A stretch of DNA of 64,000 nucleotides from positions 23,436,001 through 23,500,000 of the forward strand of contig NC_045138.2 in assembly GCF_008831285.2 (NCBI RefSeq), read 5' to 3'. Positions 34,690 through 49,015 of the stretch are shown one piece after another. This stretch comes from Nymphaea colorata (lineage: Eukaryota). Both the position numbers and the translations under genes were made by a program. The stretch's first letter is position 1; each line of letters opens with the position of its first letter. The notes beneath the pieces were generated by a model that was given only the letters and a program-made list of their open reading frames with translations, had not been told where the DNA came from and did not search any database.

Positions 34690-37600
34690 CAATCAAGGAC
34701 TTATACCCGGTTTAGATGGAGTCAGTCATGAATCTAGTCCAAACCCAAGTCACTCGGGGTAGCCTAGGGCCGAGCCTAGGCGGGTTACGGGCTAAGCCAT
34801 CACGGCAAGGCCCAAAGACTTGAGTTATGTTTGAACTTCCGAGACGTCTCATCTCGAGTTTAGGTTTGCTTTCGCATTTGCTATAAGTTATGTGTGTGTC
34901 TCGGTTTGGGACACTTTGAGAACCGAGCCGGTGTGAGAACTATATAAGTTTTTCTTGTACTTTGCTTTGGTTATTTGAGCATCGACCTTCTCTCTCATCT
35001 CTCGACCTTTCATCGCACCTCCCTCTTCTCTTTTCTCATCCGAGCACTTCACCACTTTCCACCGGCGGCTGGGGAGCTTCATCTCACCCCGCAATCGGAG
35101 ACGGCCGATCTCCACTTGAAGATCGTCGGCTTCGTCGTCCCCTTCTCCTCCCTAGTTTTTTACCTCTCTTCTCATCTAATCGGTCCGCGTTTTGACGTTG
35201 AAAGACTCCACGGTCTGCTGTCCAAGGCATCTTCTTACTCTCGATTTTTCCCAAAATGAAGTTCAATGAGCGCTAGGCGCATTCTCCCCAAAACACAAGG
35301 GAGTTTTGAGGCCAAACGCTCCACCGGGAAGGCTGCCAAGGTGTCGGGTTCCACACACGGACCGCCAGCATTCCAAGGCTGCAAGTCAACTTTCGGATTC
35401 TCCTTTAAGGCAAGTACTCGACGCCGTTTGGTTTTAGCAAAGGGTTCTTTGTGAAAAAGGAGATTGGGCGTAGATTTGTGGCTTAAGGATTCGGTTTATC
35501 CCTCGGCCTACACTGTGAGATCGATCGTCTTCTGCCGGCTGCAAGTCGCGGTTAACTCCATTGGATCAACCCCTTTTTCTTAGCCAAACGAGATCTTGGC
35601 TTGACCACAAGTTTGGGAGTCCGTATTCTTGGAAGAACGAGCCAAAATTGTGGGCGAAATTCCCTCAGTTTCAGCCTGTTTGTGTCACCGGAAAATGGCA
35701 ACTTTCCGGCAGTGTAAGCAGCTGATATGAGCGAGATATAAGGGTGAATAAATCCCCAAAAGCATCGCCCAAATCTCAGTTCCAGCCTGATCAAATTTGG
35801 GGTTCATCAGAGTAAAGCCGAAGGAGTTCTAGCTCGCGGCCTGAACTCGCCGAAGTCCAGCCATCGCTGCTACTTTTCCGGTCAAGCTGTAAATTCCGAG
35901 AAGGTACTCTATTTACCCTTGTATCAAGTTCCAAATCAATAAGAGAACTATTTCGAGCAAGGGCAAATAAGTCCGGGGAATAGCTAGCGATTAGGGTGAA
36001 TAACCCTAGCCGCCGGCTAGAGAGCGCACACCCTTATAGTTTCCATCAAAATCGGCAAGGTGTGCCACCTGATCCACTCGCGTCCATCCTCGTCGTCCAT
36101 CGAGGCCACGTGTCACTCATCCAAGGAATCCGCCAACCAGCTCGCCCCACTTTCCAAAAGGTGAAGCGCCCCTCTAGTGCACGTTCCTACATTTTAGGAA
36201 ACCGGCACCACATCCTCTCGCCACCTCACGCGTGCCCCACCATTCTTGCCCAAAAAGGTAACTCCCACCTTCCTTGTGCGCCACCTGCCCCTTGCGCACC
36301 TCTCCTCTAATTTAGGAAACCCTAGAGCCACTGCATAACCCCTACCTTTTAGGAAAATTGTCGCCACCTCATCCTCGTAACCCCTTTCCACCACGCCACT
36401 CCCCTTTACTTTAGGAAAGAACCCTATCTGTGCGCCAAGTGTCCCTTGCGCCCCACGTCCTTCGTAAATCGTAGCCGCCAACCATCGTTGCCTAAACCAA
36501 CCTTACCCTAACTGTCACCTAACCTAGCCCAGCACTCGAGCTTACCTAACCCAAGACCACTTAAGTGTAGCCTAGACCCTCATCGAGTTAACCTCACTAA
36601 ACCCTTGACTTAGACCACCCTTTACCTAAGACATCCCATTCTTAGCTCAGCCAAGTCCATCATCATAGCTTCTGCCATCACTGGACTACGTCGAGAGCCC
36701 CACGTGTAGCCAATCGCGGGCGCTCTGCCATCGTCGTCACTGTCGCAATCGTTACGCGTGGCCAAGCGGGCAGTGTTCGTTCGTCGTCATCGTCATCCGC
36801 TCGGCCAGGAGGGTCGAGCACTCCATCGCGTCTGCGCTCTACCATTGTCGTCGGCCCCAGCTCGCCATCACCTTCAGCATTCGTCGCCTGCACTCTTCGA
36901 CTGCGGTCGCTGTCGCCAAGCGCTCGCATCCAGCCAGTGCCTTCGGCAGTCCGTTGCAGCCAAGCGGGCAGCTTTCGTCTACTTCCCCTACACCTTTGCG
37001 GCCAGGAGGGCCGTCCGTCATCTGCAGCAGCCGTCAACGCTTGGTTAGGAGGGTGCCCCTGCATCCATCACCAAGCTCACTCGGCCAGGAGGGCCGAGCC
37101 TTCTCCGTCTGTCCACCTTCTTCCGCGGCTAGGAGGGTTGTGCCTTCTCCATCACCTACCTCCGTAGTTGAGATACACCGAGGTACAACTTGCCGTTGGT
37201 TTTGCCCCGGTGTCACTTGCTGGTCAGTCGAGAGTCTCTCGGCCGGTAACATCCCTATCCCCTTTGTAGTCACGTGGGTTTGGGTAGTATCTTGCATGCT
37301 TTGTTTTTAGCTTGGTCAGGACCTGTAGCTCCTCTTGCAGCACCTCTGAGGCACTTTTGCCAAGGACAGGGTCACAAGGTAGCAAGACCACCTACTGGGT
37401 TTTGGGTGTGATTTGCATGTTGGGCTTGGTTTGTATGGTTTGCGTGATTGTGTGTGAGTTGTGAGCATAATTCTTATAATCGTTTGCGGTTGTAAGGCCT
37501 TCTACCCTAGTTCTTGTAGTAGGAAAAAAAAAAAGACCTCACGGGTGAGGAAGCTTTTACTTGTATCTCATCCTAAGGGTTTTGGGATGGGGTGTCTGGC

Positions 37601-37900
37601 CGGGTAGAACTATTGTAAGTAACTTGTTTTAGGTTTTGGTTTTTGGGTTTACCTCGAGGGATCCTGGCACTAGGGCTGTCTCTGGGCTTAGATTTGGTCG
37701 ATGCCAGGTATAGTCCTAACAGACCCCAAGGACCAGCAATTTCACTGTCTTTGGGGTCTCGAGTTGTTGTCTGTATCAGCAATAGTAGCGGTGCATCCTT
37801 TAACTTTAATGTCACATCCTACCACCTTAAAACACAAGTGCATAACATCCACGTAAATCGAACTAGAGACCTATTAGTCTATAGGTCTCCAACCTGACCA
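34690..37900. mobile_element. Non-coding GC-rich repetitive block, probably large LTR or 5' leader of a retrotransposon
   Basis: No credible ORF. Internal repeats CGGCCAGGAGGG (x3) and CCAAGCGGGCAG (x2) and CCCTA/TTTAGGAAA motifs are present. Termini and TSD were not established. Confidence 0.4.
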
Positions 37901-40900
37901 GCTGCGCTATGCCCCTTGAGACACAAGGAGAACAAGTTTCGCGTGCCACTCTCCACACAAATAATAATGCTCGAGGAATGACCACAGCTAGGACTAGGCA
38001 TATGTTGCCAGCAGCCCAACCCTGGCCCTTTAATAAAGGGGCCCAGCCATGTGTGTTTTACATGTGCCCGAAATCAAAAAGAATTTTCTATTGGTCTTCA
38101 GAGTGTTTTTTGTTGTATTTGTGTTTGTGTAGTTTTATTTTCTTTGCTTAGAGTGTCATTAGTGTATGTCTGAGTTTACTTTGTAGAGCACCTTCTCACC
38201 GGCCTCAATGCAGTTTGGAGATTCTATGTTTTAGGTACTCGACATTTGAATCATATGTAAGTGGTTTCAACTAGCCTATGTAAATAAAGTTACGTTTCCT
38301 TCAAGATCTTCTTGCTTACATTTATCTTGTAATGAAGACAATCTATGCTCGTTGCAAGTTTCTCCATCCATTCCCTTGTGTCATTTTCTTTTCATACGCA
38401 CTCTTTGTTTTCAGTTATCTACGCACTCTTTTGTCCCTTAAGGCTTATATGGCAGATAGGCAATGGTCATGCCTCATGGTCCAAAGAAAATAGGCTTATG
38501 ACAACTAGTATCAGAGTTAGAGTGAGCATCTAGAACAACAAAGTGTGGCAAGTTAAGTCAATGTTGAGCAAACCAATAACTAGTTGTTGTCAGGTTCTCT
38601 AGTAGAGGGAGTACAAACTCATTAGTAGAAAAAACAAGTGACGAGTGGGAACAACAAATCATGAAAGCTTGGTTGGCTACAATCTAAACGACTATTGCAT
38701 CCTTGAATCATTTGATGACAGTGGCTGCTCGGAGCTTTGAGAACTACAACATAGAAATAAATCAAAAGTTGAACCAGGAGAACTTTTAGTTGGGAGATGT
38801 TTTAGGTAGTTTGGTTGCTATGGAGGATGAGATGCAGGTCCTCAAGACACCTAATAGGTTCATGGAAAATCGGCTGCTAGGTTGGGGGAAGCCTAAGGCA
38901 TATGTGTTGCGGCTTTGTATGAAAGTCCCTGAATCAAAAGGATACAATGGTACTGAAGATGCGAAAGAGTTGGAGAACTTTTTGTATCGTTTGGAGAAGT
39001 ACATCAAGGTCAACCAGATTTATGATGATGAGATGAATATTACAACTACTTCAATGTTTTTAACATATTTCAATGTTGAGGTGGTGAAGGTGGTACAGTG
39101 GTGTTGGGAAGGGCCTTTGCATCTTGATTCTTGGGATACATTCAAGCACAAAATGTGAAAACATCTCCTGCCAAGAGATACAAAATATATGGCATGACGA
39201 CGACTTATGGAGCTTAAGTTGATGCATTTAATCTATGATTATATTTAGGCTTTCACATTTAAAATGCTGGAGATCTCAAAAATGTTTCAATGAAGATAGA
39301 TTATTCAATTTCATGAATTGAATACAACCTTGGGCAGAGTAAGAACTTTGAAGGCAAGAAATGACTTGAGTAGCACACTTTCAGCTGTTGAACGTTTAGT
39401 TAACAACCCATGACAGCCAAAGTTTAAGTATAAGCCCTACAATTCAAAGAAAAACAAAAACAACAACCAAAATGGTGGTGGCAACAACAAGGAAACTAAA
39501 CAGCGAGAAAAGGACAACACTGACACAACTTTCTAGAAGAGCGATGGCAGGAGGGGACAAGATGACAACTATATGCTTTCTTGGCCACATCTAGAATTGA
39601 AGTGTTGTCACTGTAGTGGAAATCACTTTGATTCAAAGTGTCTAAATGTTGGAAGCAGCCAGGCAAATTTCGTAAAACAATATGCTTGTGCATTGCATGG
39701 TTAAGAAGCTGAAGACCCGTAGGATGGGAGCACTCTAGCTCCTCAGTGTTTTGAAGAGAATGGCAAATATGACGGTGGTGACAACTACTTGACTTATGTA
39801 CTAAACATTATTGTAACACATAACTTCATCTCAAAAGAAGAGGAAAGAAGATTGGGTCTTACCCTTGAGAACAAAGAGTTATGTGTGAAGGCAGTGAACT
39901 TAGAGGCGAAACCCATCCAGGAAGTGGCCTGGGGTGTGGTTGTGAAGATTGGGAGTTGGTTGGGAAAAGTCAACTTCTCAATGACAGTGATGGATGATTC
40001 CAATATGATTTTAAGCATAGACTACAATATGATTTTAAGCATAGACTACCAAGCACTAAACAAAGTAACCATAAAAGACAAGTGTTATTTGCCATTGATA
40101 GCGGACCGATTTGATTAGTTGGGTAGAGCATGTGTAGTTTTCTAAGTTGGACCTTTGTTCAGGTTATTGGCAGGCCCGAATTGTAAAGGAGATGAATCTA
40201 AGACCACTTGCATTACCCATTATGGAGTATGTGTTCGAGTTGATGAATACCCCTGCCACCTTCTCAATGCTGAAGGATAAGAACTTCTACCCATACCTAG
40301 ATAAGTTCGTGGTAGTCTATCTCGATGACATTGTTGTATTCAACAACAATTTGGAATAATATATGAAACATTCATAGACAATGTTCCAAGTGTTGAAGGA
40401 AAATGATCTCTATGTGAAGAGGAAGAAGTGCCCCTTTGGCTAGGAGGAAATCAGCTTCTTTGGGCATATTGTTATGCATAGTTAGCCACATATGATAGAG
40501 AAGGTAAAGGTCATCCAGGAGTGGAACCCGCCAAATAAAGTTCAAGAGTTAAAGTCTTTCCTTGGGTTAGTGAACTATTATAGGTGGTTCATGGAGGGGT
40601 ATTATCTGATTGTTGTGCCCCTCATTGATTTGTTGAAGAAGAATAAAACATAAGTTTGGACAGAGCCAACTCAACTTGCTTTTAATAGAATGAAGAATGC
40701 CCTTATGCACGAGTCATTGCTAAAACTGTCTGACCACTTAAAACCATTTGAAGTTCACACTAATGCCTTTGATTTTGCTATTGGTAGAGTGTCAATGCAA
40801 GAGGAGCACCCCATTGCCTACAAGAGCAAAAAACTAAAGGATGCAAAGTGACACTATTCTATACCACAAACGGGAGATATAGCCATGTCGACTGCCTTCA

Positions 40901-41209
40901 TTTATTGAGGCAGAGGAAAAGCCATTTTTTTTATATGGGTCACTAAATATATGGTTAACAAATTTTCAATTGACCATGGGATAGTGACTCGGATCTTGTG
41001 GGTTTACCCCATATAATTGGGCACAAGTTCACCCAACTTTTAACACTAAATTCACCTTTCAAAGGGTGGCCCCAGAGGAGACCCCACTATCTCTACCACT
41101 GCATGGATCCATCGGTTGAGAGCTCAGTTTGTTGTGAAGATGGATAATGTGGCTGCAAGTTATTTTCTGACCTAGAAGAAGTTAACAACGAAGCAATCCC
41201 AATGGCAAG

Positions 41210-42318
41210 AATTTCTGGTGGAGTTCGACTTTGCACTGAAGTACAAAGCAAGAAAAACCAATGTTGTGGCCGATACACTAAGTTAGAAAGCAAAACTTTG
41301 TGGCCACTCAAGTATAAGTCTCTGAAACACAACTGAAGGGTGCTCTCCTCAAGCGTGTTCACAAAGGCATGCAATATGATTCCATGACAAAACACCTAAT
41401 GACCTTGGCCAAGGTTGGGAAGACTAGGAGATTCTAGCTGCGGGATAGATTTTTTGTTACCAGAGGCAAACACATGTTCGTGCTAGGGTGGGGCAATCTT
41501 CAATGGGAGCTATTAAGGAGTGCCATGACACATTGTGGGCAGGCCATCATAGCTAGAAGCAAATCCTAGCATTCATTGTACGTGGCTATTATTCGCTATA
41601 GATGTGGGACAATGTTGAGGCCTATGTGAAGATTTGCTTTATTTGCCAGTAGGACAATGGGATGAAGCAGAAGATTTCCAACCTCTTGGAACCTTTTCCT
41701 GTTCTCGAATGACCATGGAGCCTTTCCATAGACTTCATTATGAGTATCTTGAAATTAGATGACTTCATGTCCGTCTTTGTATTTCCATCTAATTTTTGGC
41801 GGGGTTTGACTTTGCACTGAAGTACAAAGTAGGAAAAACCAATGTTGTGGCCGACACACTAAGTTAGAAAGCAAAACTTTGTGGCCACTCAAGTATAGGT
41901 CTCTGAAACACAACTGAAGGGTGCTCTTCTCAAGTGTGTTCACAAAGGCATGCAATATGATTCCATGACAAAACACCTAATGACCTTGGGCAAGGTTGGG
42001 AAGACTAGGAGATTCTAGCTGTGGGATAGATTTTTTGTTACCAGAGGCAAACACGTGTTCGTGCTAGGATGGGGCAATCTTCAATGGGAGCTATTAAGGA
42101 GTGTCATGACACATTGTGGGCAGGCCATCATAGCTAGAAGCAATCCTAGCATTCATTGTACGTGGCTATTATTCACTACAGATGTGGGACAATGTTGAGG
42201 TCTATGTGAAGACTTGCTTTATTTGCCAGTAGGACAATGGGATGAAGCAGAAGATTCCCAACCTCTTGGAACCTTTTCTTGTTCTCGAACGACCATGGAG
42301 CCTTTCCATAGATTTCAT
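41210..42318 (+). repeat. Internal tandem duplication (period about 581 bp) of the RH-integrase junction
   Basis: 41210-41738 is repeated at 41791-42318. Near-identical antisense ORFs MFCHGIILHAFVNTLE occur at both copies. Confidence 0.9.
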
Positions 42319-43322
42319 CCCAACCTTAAAAAAGTGTCTTACGAAAAAAACAGTGAAGTTATTCATAAAGTGCATAAAAAGTATCGGGGCATGTCAAACA
42401 ACATTGTAAGCGACTGTAATGGCCACTTCACAGGCAAGTTCTGGCATGAAGTGTTCCAATTTCTAGGTTCAAACTTGTTGTTTTCAACAAGCTTCCGTCA
42501 ACAAATAGATATTCAATGCTCTATTGGAGCAATATATATGAGACTTTGTTAATGCAAATAAAAGAATAGGTGAAATTGATCGATATAGCCCAATTTTGCT
42601 GCAACTTTCCAAAGAGAAAGTTTTCAAGATACAATCCGTTATGAAAAAGCCACTAGGCAGCAATCGCTGATGCAACATACTTTTGCTAACCAAAAGAAAG
42701 AACGACCAATCTTCGCCTACCAGTTTGTTAGAAACTCACATGAGCAAATGGAACTAGCCAAAACATTCTTCCACAAAGCGGCCAAGAAGATGAACAAATG
42801 AGCTGATAAGAAGCAACGACCCATAGAATTCAAAGTCAAAGGCCAAGTCCTTGAGAAGATGTACCCAAATCGCATGGAAATCTTTCATGAGCGACATTGT
42901 ATTTTGTTCAAAAATATGAGAGACCATTCATTGTAGTCAAGAGTATCAGGAAGTTGGCATACAAGCTAGATATGTTGTCAGACTTAAGGTATATTCAATA
43001 TTGCATGTCTGTGACCTAAGAGCCACTTTATGTCGATGGTTAAGACCCTGAGAGGAGCATGCCATAGCAGATGCCAATTTTACAAAGAGCACCACCAACC
43101 TAGCAAGCAGTGAACCGATAGATGGAGTAGATTGTTTAGTACAAAATCAATTATCTTGGAGAGCCAAACAAGTATCTTGTGAAGTGGGTAGGCAGGAAGC
43201 AACATATCTGGGTGTATGCCTTCTAGATGAAGCAAATATACCCAAAGGAAGTTCAACCTACCATGCTGGGGCGACACATGATTTGAAGGGTGGAGCATGT
43301 TCACCTATGTCTGCATTTGTAT

Positions 43323-46300
43323 TGTCATGGGGCAATTGTTCTTGCTGACCCGTACGGTGCGACGACCCTTCCAACTGCCATAAGCTTGAAGGGCTAAGCA
43401 AGTGCATAGATAACTTGAAAACAAAGAGTGTGTAAATGGAGAAAAAGAATATAAGAATTTGCAATGCATTATTTCATTCACTAGAAAGGCAGTACATCAC
43501 AAAAGAAGGTAATCACAGAGATTGACTCAACCTTACTTACAAGGGTGCCCAAGGGCTCACATAGGGAACCTCATGCCAAACACCCAAAACATGAAACCTC
43601 CAAACATGACACTTAGACCGGTGGGAGGGCACTCCCTTATAAGTAAATGAGCATACATAAATGGCTCTTGTAAGAAAGAAAAATGACTATACAAACACAG
43701 ACACACAGAAACATGTTCCTCCCTTCAAATCATGCGCCGTCCTCGGCATCAACTGCATTGTGGCATGCCCTAACTTCTTTTGAGTAGCACTGCTTCATTT
43801 GAAACATGTACTCCTAGGTAGGCTGCTCTTCATCTGCTCATTTAACAAAATACTTCTTTGGCTTAACAAGATAGTTGATCTTGTGTCAAAGAATCTACTT
43901 CAGTTTTTCGTCGGCTGCACGCTTACCTGTAGGGGCTCTTTGTATGATTGGCTCTCGCTGCAGCTGGCTCCGCTCTGGATCTTTGACATCAATGTAGAAT
44001 AATTTCAAATTGCATATGTAAAACAGTTGATGCACCTTGAAATCTGGCAGCAGATTTAGCTTGTACGCCAACTTCCCAATCCTCTTGATCACAGTGAATA
44101 GTTTTTCATACTTCCATATTAAGTCATGATGTCACCCATGAAAGATATTTGTGTGATCAGGATACAACTTCACGAGGACCTGGTCTCCAACTCGGAACTC
44201 GACAAGTTGTCAATCTTTGAAAGCTTACTTTTTTATCTTTTTGACAGCCTTATGCAAGAATGCCTTAGCGAGTTCCGTCTATTCCTGTCAGTCTCTGACA
44301 AATTGATGGGCAAATGTAGGCCTTCCCTTTTCTTGAGCAGAAAAAGTGTACGACATCAACAACTGTGGCCCCGTAGTTATTTCAAACAAATTGTGCCTAG
44401 AAGACTTGCTCTTTTGCAAGTTGTAGAGAATTGGGCAACATCGAGCAATTTCAGCTAGTTTTTTTAGTTTGCACTAATGAAGTGCCACTAGTACTGTTCC
44501 AACAACACATTGATGCCCTCTGTCTGGCTGTCTATGGGTGAAAACCTGTGGAAAACAACAAGTTTGAGCCGAGCAAACAAAATACTTCCCATCAAAATTT
44601 GCTCGTGAAGCGAGCATCGTGGTCACTCACAATGCTCTTCAGCACGCCCCAATACTTTACTATGTCCTTCATGAAGAACTCCGCTGTCTTCTTTGTAGGA
44701 CACTCCTTTAAAGTTGAGATAAAGGTAGCGTACTTTAAAAACCTATTCACAACAACAATGATAGAGCTGTAGCTATCTACTTTCGAAAGACTCACAATGA
44801 AGTCCATGGAGAAGCTTTCCCATTGATGCTCTAGAATAGACAACAATTTTAAGAGGCTAGCAGGTTTCTGGTTCAACCCCTTAACTTGCTGGTATATGAA
44901 ACACTTCTGCATGTACACCTCAACATCATCTTGCATCTGTGTCCAATAATAGTTGTGTTCAAGGAGTACTAGGGTGCGCTCTTGGCCAGAGTGGCCAACT
45001 CATAATGTATCATGACACTTCTTTAAAAGCTCTTGTCAAAAGTTTCCTCATCTTAGCACAAATATCTACGTTTGGTGTGGAAAAGTCTGTCTCGTAGTCA
45101 GAACCTCAAAGTCTTCTCCACTTCGGCTAAGGCCACCAAGTGTTGTGCTGTCAGGTCCTACCGCATCCCTTCGCAAACATGATCGAGGAGAGCACCATCC
45201 AGTTGTAGAGGACTCTGCCCAAGTTACCGAAAGTTCAGCCTTTCAATTCAATGCATCAACAATGACGTTGGTATTTCCCACCTTGTACTACAAAGTGAAA
45301 TCAAACTCGGTCAAGAATTCTTGCCAGTGAGCCTACCTTGGAGATAGCTTATTCTGCGTTTAAAAGTAGTTTGTGGCTACATTGTCAGTCTTTACAATGA
45401 ACTGAGCTCCCAACAGATAATGCCTCCATATGCGAAGTTAGTGCACGATAGCAGTCATTTCTCTCTGTGATAGTATAGCACCTTTCTGCCTCCTTCAACT
45501 TTTGGTTCTAGGCAATCATATGTCCCTCTTGCATCAATACCTAAGCCTGGGCACCAGGCCGAACTGCCAATGGGTACCCGGTACTTGGCCCAACTCGGGT
45601 ATGGGCCTAGGGCCGAAAAAAAGGGCACTGGGCTGGTCCAATCAATTATCGGGCCGGCCCGGTGGACTGGATAAGCCCGGTGGGCTTGATAATATTTTTT
45701 AATATATATTTTATTAATATATATATATAATTATAATATATTATTAATTATATTTATATATTTTTATACTAAAAATATATATTTTTTAATTTAATCCAGC
45801 AAAGCTCGGTCTCAGGCTTAGATTGGACTTGGGCCCAAGTTTCAGGTGTCGAGCCGGCCTGAGCCCGACTCCTTATCGGACTGGGGCGACCTGATGCCCT
45901 TGCTTGTCAATACCCCACCAATAGCAAAAGTCAGAAAAGTTTGTGTGAAACTCAAAAGACTTCAAATGCTCGGGCAACTTAAGCACAAACTTTCTTACAA
46001 GTGCTCTCTTAAATCTTTCAAAAGCATTCTGGGCAGGCTGCGTCCAAACCTAAGTTGTGTTCTTCTTGAAAAAGCTAGTGAGGGAAGCAACAATCAAAGG
46101 ATATCCCTTGATGAACCATCTATAGGAATTGGCCAACCCAAGGAACGATCACAATTTAGACACTATAGTTGGTGGCTTCCATTATGGATGGCTCTCGCCT
46201 TCTCTAGATCTATTTGCAACTCACCAACATGGTAGAAAAAGCTGATCTCTTGTTGGCTAAAAAGACAGTTATCTTTTTTCATATAAAGATTATTCACCTT

Positions 46301-49015
46301 CAATACTTAGAACACCACATGATTGACGTGCTCCTCCATTGCTACTAAAAATCACAATATCATCAAAATAGACCACTATGAACTTCTCAAGGTACGAGTA
46401 GAAGATCTTGTTCATCAATGTTGAGAAAGTCATGAGGCATTGATCGACCCAAATGACATGTCTAGAAATTCATCAGCACCATAACTAGTGACACAAGTGG
46501 TCTTTGGTTTATCTCCTTTTGCTATTATGACTTGCTAATAACCTGATTGAAGGTCTAATTTCAAATAAATATCAAATAAGTCAACAATGAGTGGCAATGG
46601 GTATTTGTTCATGATCGTTACCTTGTTCAATGCATGGCAGTCAATGCATAGATGCTTTGAGCCATCATGGTTCATTTAAAATAACACTCGGACTCCAAAC
46701 GATGCCTTAGAGAGTCGGATGATGTCTGTCTCCAATATCTCATTGAGCAGTCTTCGCATATCCTTCAATTCAGCCTGTTTCATATGATAAGGAACAATGG
46801 CTGGGGGGTCAAACTCCAAGGACTAGTTCAATTTGGTGATCAACTTCCCGCCTTGGTAGTTTAGGTGACATTACTTTTTGAAACTATTTCAGCAAGGGAA
46901 CTAGAGTCGGTGGGACAATAACTGACCTGGCTCCTTCCTCTACACAAACAGGCACAAGGAACGTCTGCTCTCCACGTTTCATACTCTTCTTCAGTTGCAT
47001 AGCTGAAAATGCAGAAGGTGACTTTCCACTAGTAGAGTAGGAATGCACTGAACAGTCTGGCCCCATCAATGTCAATGAATTGAACTTTGCCAACATCATA
47101 ATATTTTGGTACGAAGGAACTCCATGCCAAGAATTACTTTAAAGTCGTCTAGGAGAACAATTACGAAGTTTGTAATGTTAACCCAACTCCCAATCTAGAT
47201 GACTACACCCTTTGCTTCTCCAAGGATAGGCCTGACCATAGAGCTCACCGTCTTCAAGGTTCTCTATTTAGGCTCAAGCTTCAATCCCAATATCTTTGCT
47301 TTTCCTTTCAAAACGAAGTTATGCGTTGCCCCGAAGTCTACCATGGCTATAGTAAACTTTCTCCTCATAGTGATACCAAAGTATATCAGTTCCACATTCA
47401 CCATCACGCTTGATGCTGCTCGACTTTAGACAACAATGAGAATCTGAACATTTCCCATGGATGATTGTGGCACCTTCAACATTAGCCTTAACAACTACAA
47501 CATTGACCTACCCATTGTCTTTTATAAAGCACTTTAGACATTGCTTAGCTATGTACCTCTCTCTGCAGAACCAACAAATTACCACTCTGTTTTGGTAATC
47601 TTTGTGCTTATGAAAGAAAGGTTTCTTCTCAACTTGGTGTTGAGCGATGACTCACCTTTATGTTCTCGTTGGTACTCTTTCTTCTCTCCATGTCTGTTTT
47701 CTTCGAAGACTTGAAGGTGTTAGTGCAGTTCTTGCATTGGATATCAACCAAGTGATCCGCTGCTATATAAGCATCCTCCAAAGTATTTGGATTACCTCTT
47801 TCTACCTCGGATTGTGCCCAAGACTGAAGTTCTAAAATAAACCAGTCAAGTTTATCTTGTTTAAGCATATCAGATACATCCAACATAAGTCTTTGATAGG
47901 TCCTCACATAGTCTCGCAAGGATCTTGTGTTCTTCAATTCACCCACTATCCAATAAGCATGCCATTTTACATTCAGGGCATGAAGCAGTTTTTCAACTCT
48001 CATTGAAAGTCATCGAAAGTATCTATTTTGCATATCCCCTTTTGAATATCAAGCTTCCACTAGGCAATATCATCTTCCTTAAGTAACATGGCTGTGGTTT
48101 TGACCTAGAGGACATCTTCCACGATGCCCTAAAGATCTAGATAGTATCTCACTTGAAAAAAAGGTTGTCGATCAGCCGACTATCCTGATTTTCATTGCAT
48201 TTTGCTAGTCTTTGAACGTCAACCTTTGATGGTCGATCGTGACCACCACCTATAGAAACATGCCGTTGTAGCGTGTGGTTCTTTGCTTGAAGTTCCTTAA
48301 CTTCATCTTGCAATGTGGTCACTGTATTAGAAAGTGACCTATTCATGGCCTTAAGTTCGGCCATCTGTTCCCTCATGGTCTTTACTTCATCCCTCAACTC
48401 CTCGGGACTCGGTTGCATTACCCAATGTTTCCTCCTGTGTGGCTACGTCAAGAATCAGCTTGTTTACAACTTCAGCCAAGTCTTCCCGATCATGGGATGT
48501 GCCATCTTGTCAAACTGGGCCAACCCTTTGCGCTTGGCGCTTCGCAGATTCCAATGAGTTGCCAAGACGTCCTCTTCAATCACCGCTTGCCGGCATGTTG
48601 TTCTACACCGACTCTCTAACTGCTTTCCAGCTTGAGTCGAACATGGCTACGATACCCGTTGGCGTCTGTTCTCGCCAATATGTGCACCACGATGACCCTT
48701 CCAACTAGCGCAAGCATAAAGAGTAAGCAAGTGCACAGACAACTTGAAAACAAAGAGTGTGTAAATAGAGGCAAGGAGTAGAAGAACTTGCATTGTGTTG
48801 TTTCATTCACTTAAAAAGGTAGTACATCAGAAGAAAAGATAAGCAAGGAAATAGACTCAACTTTACTTGTAAGGGTGCCTAAGGGCTCGTATTGCCGAAC
48901 ATTCAAAACAACCAAACATGACACTTAGACCGATGGAAGGGTACTTAAACAAGTGTACACAAATAGTTCTTGTAAGCAAACGAAAAGACTATACAGACAC
49001 AAACACAAGGGAACA
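43323..49015 (-). mobile_element. Degenerate full-length Ty3/Gypsy nested antisense in the 3' LTR of the preceding element
   Basis: Similar LTRs at 43323-43713 and about 48660-49015. PBS-like GGGTATCGTAGCC (-) at about 48646-48658. PPT GAAGGGAGG (-) at about 43718-43726. Gag (SLRDYVRTYQRLMLDV), protease (VDLGATHNF), RT, RH (FAIGGVLMQEGH) and integrase (WESFSMDFIVSL; SIVSDHDARFTS). TSD TGTAT / TATAT (4/5). Confidence 0.85.
45542..45906. mobile_element. hAT MITE inserted in the RNaseH of the nested Gypsy
   Basis: Perfect 8-bp TSD TCAATACC (45534-45541 and 45907-45914). TIRs TAAGCCTGGGCACCAGGCCG / CGACCTGATGCCCTTGCTTG match 15/20. AT-rich core. Removal restores FAIGGVLMQEGH. Confidence 0.88.

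Noticed and set aside
36678..37310. GC-rich ORFs of 60-128 aa on both strands
   Set aside because: Low-complexity repeat-derived frames without recognisable domains.
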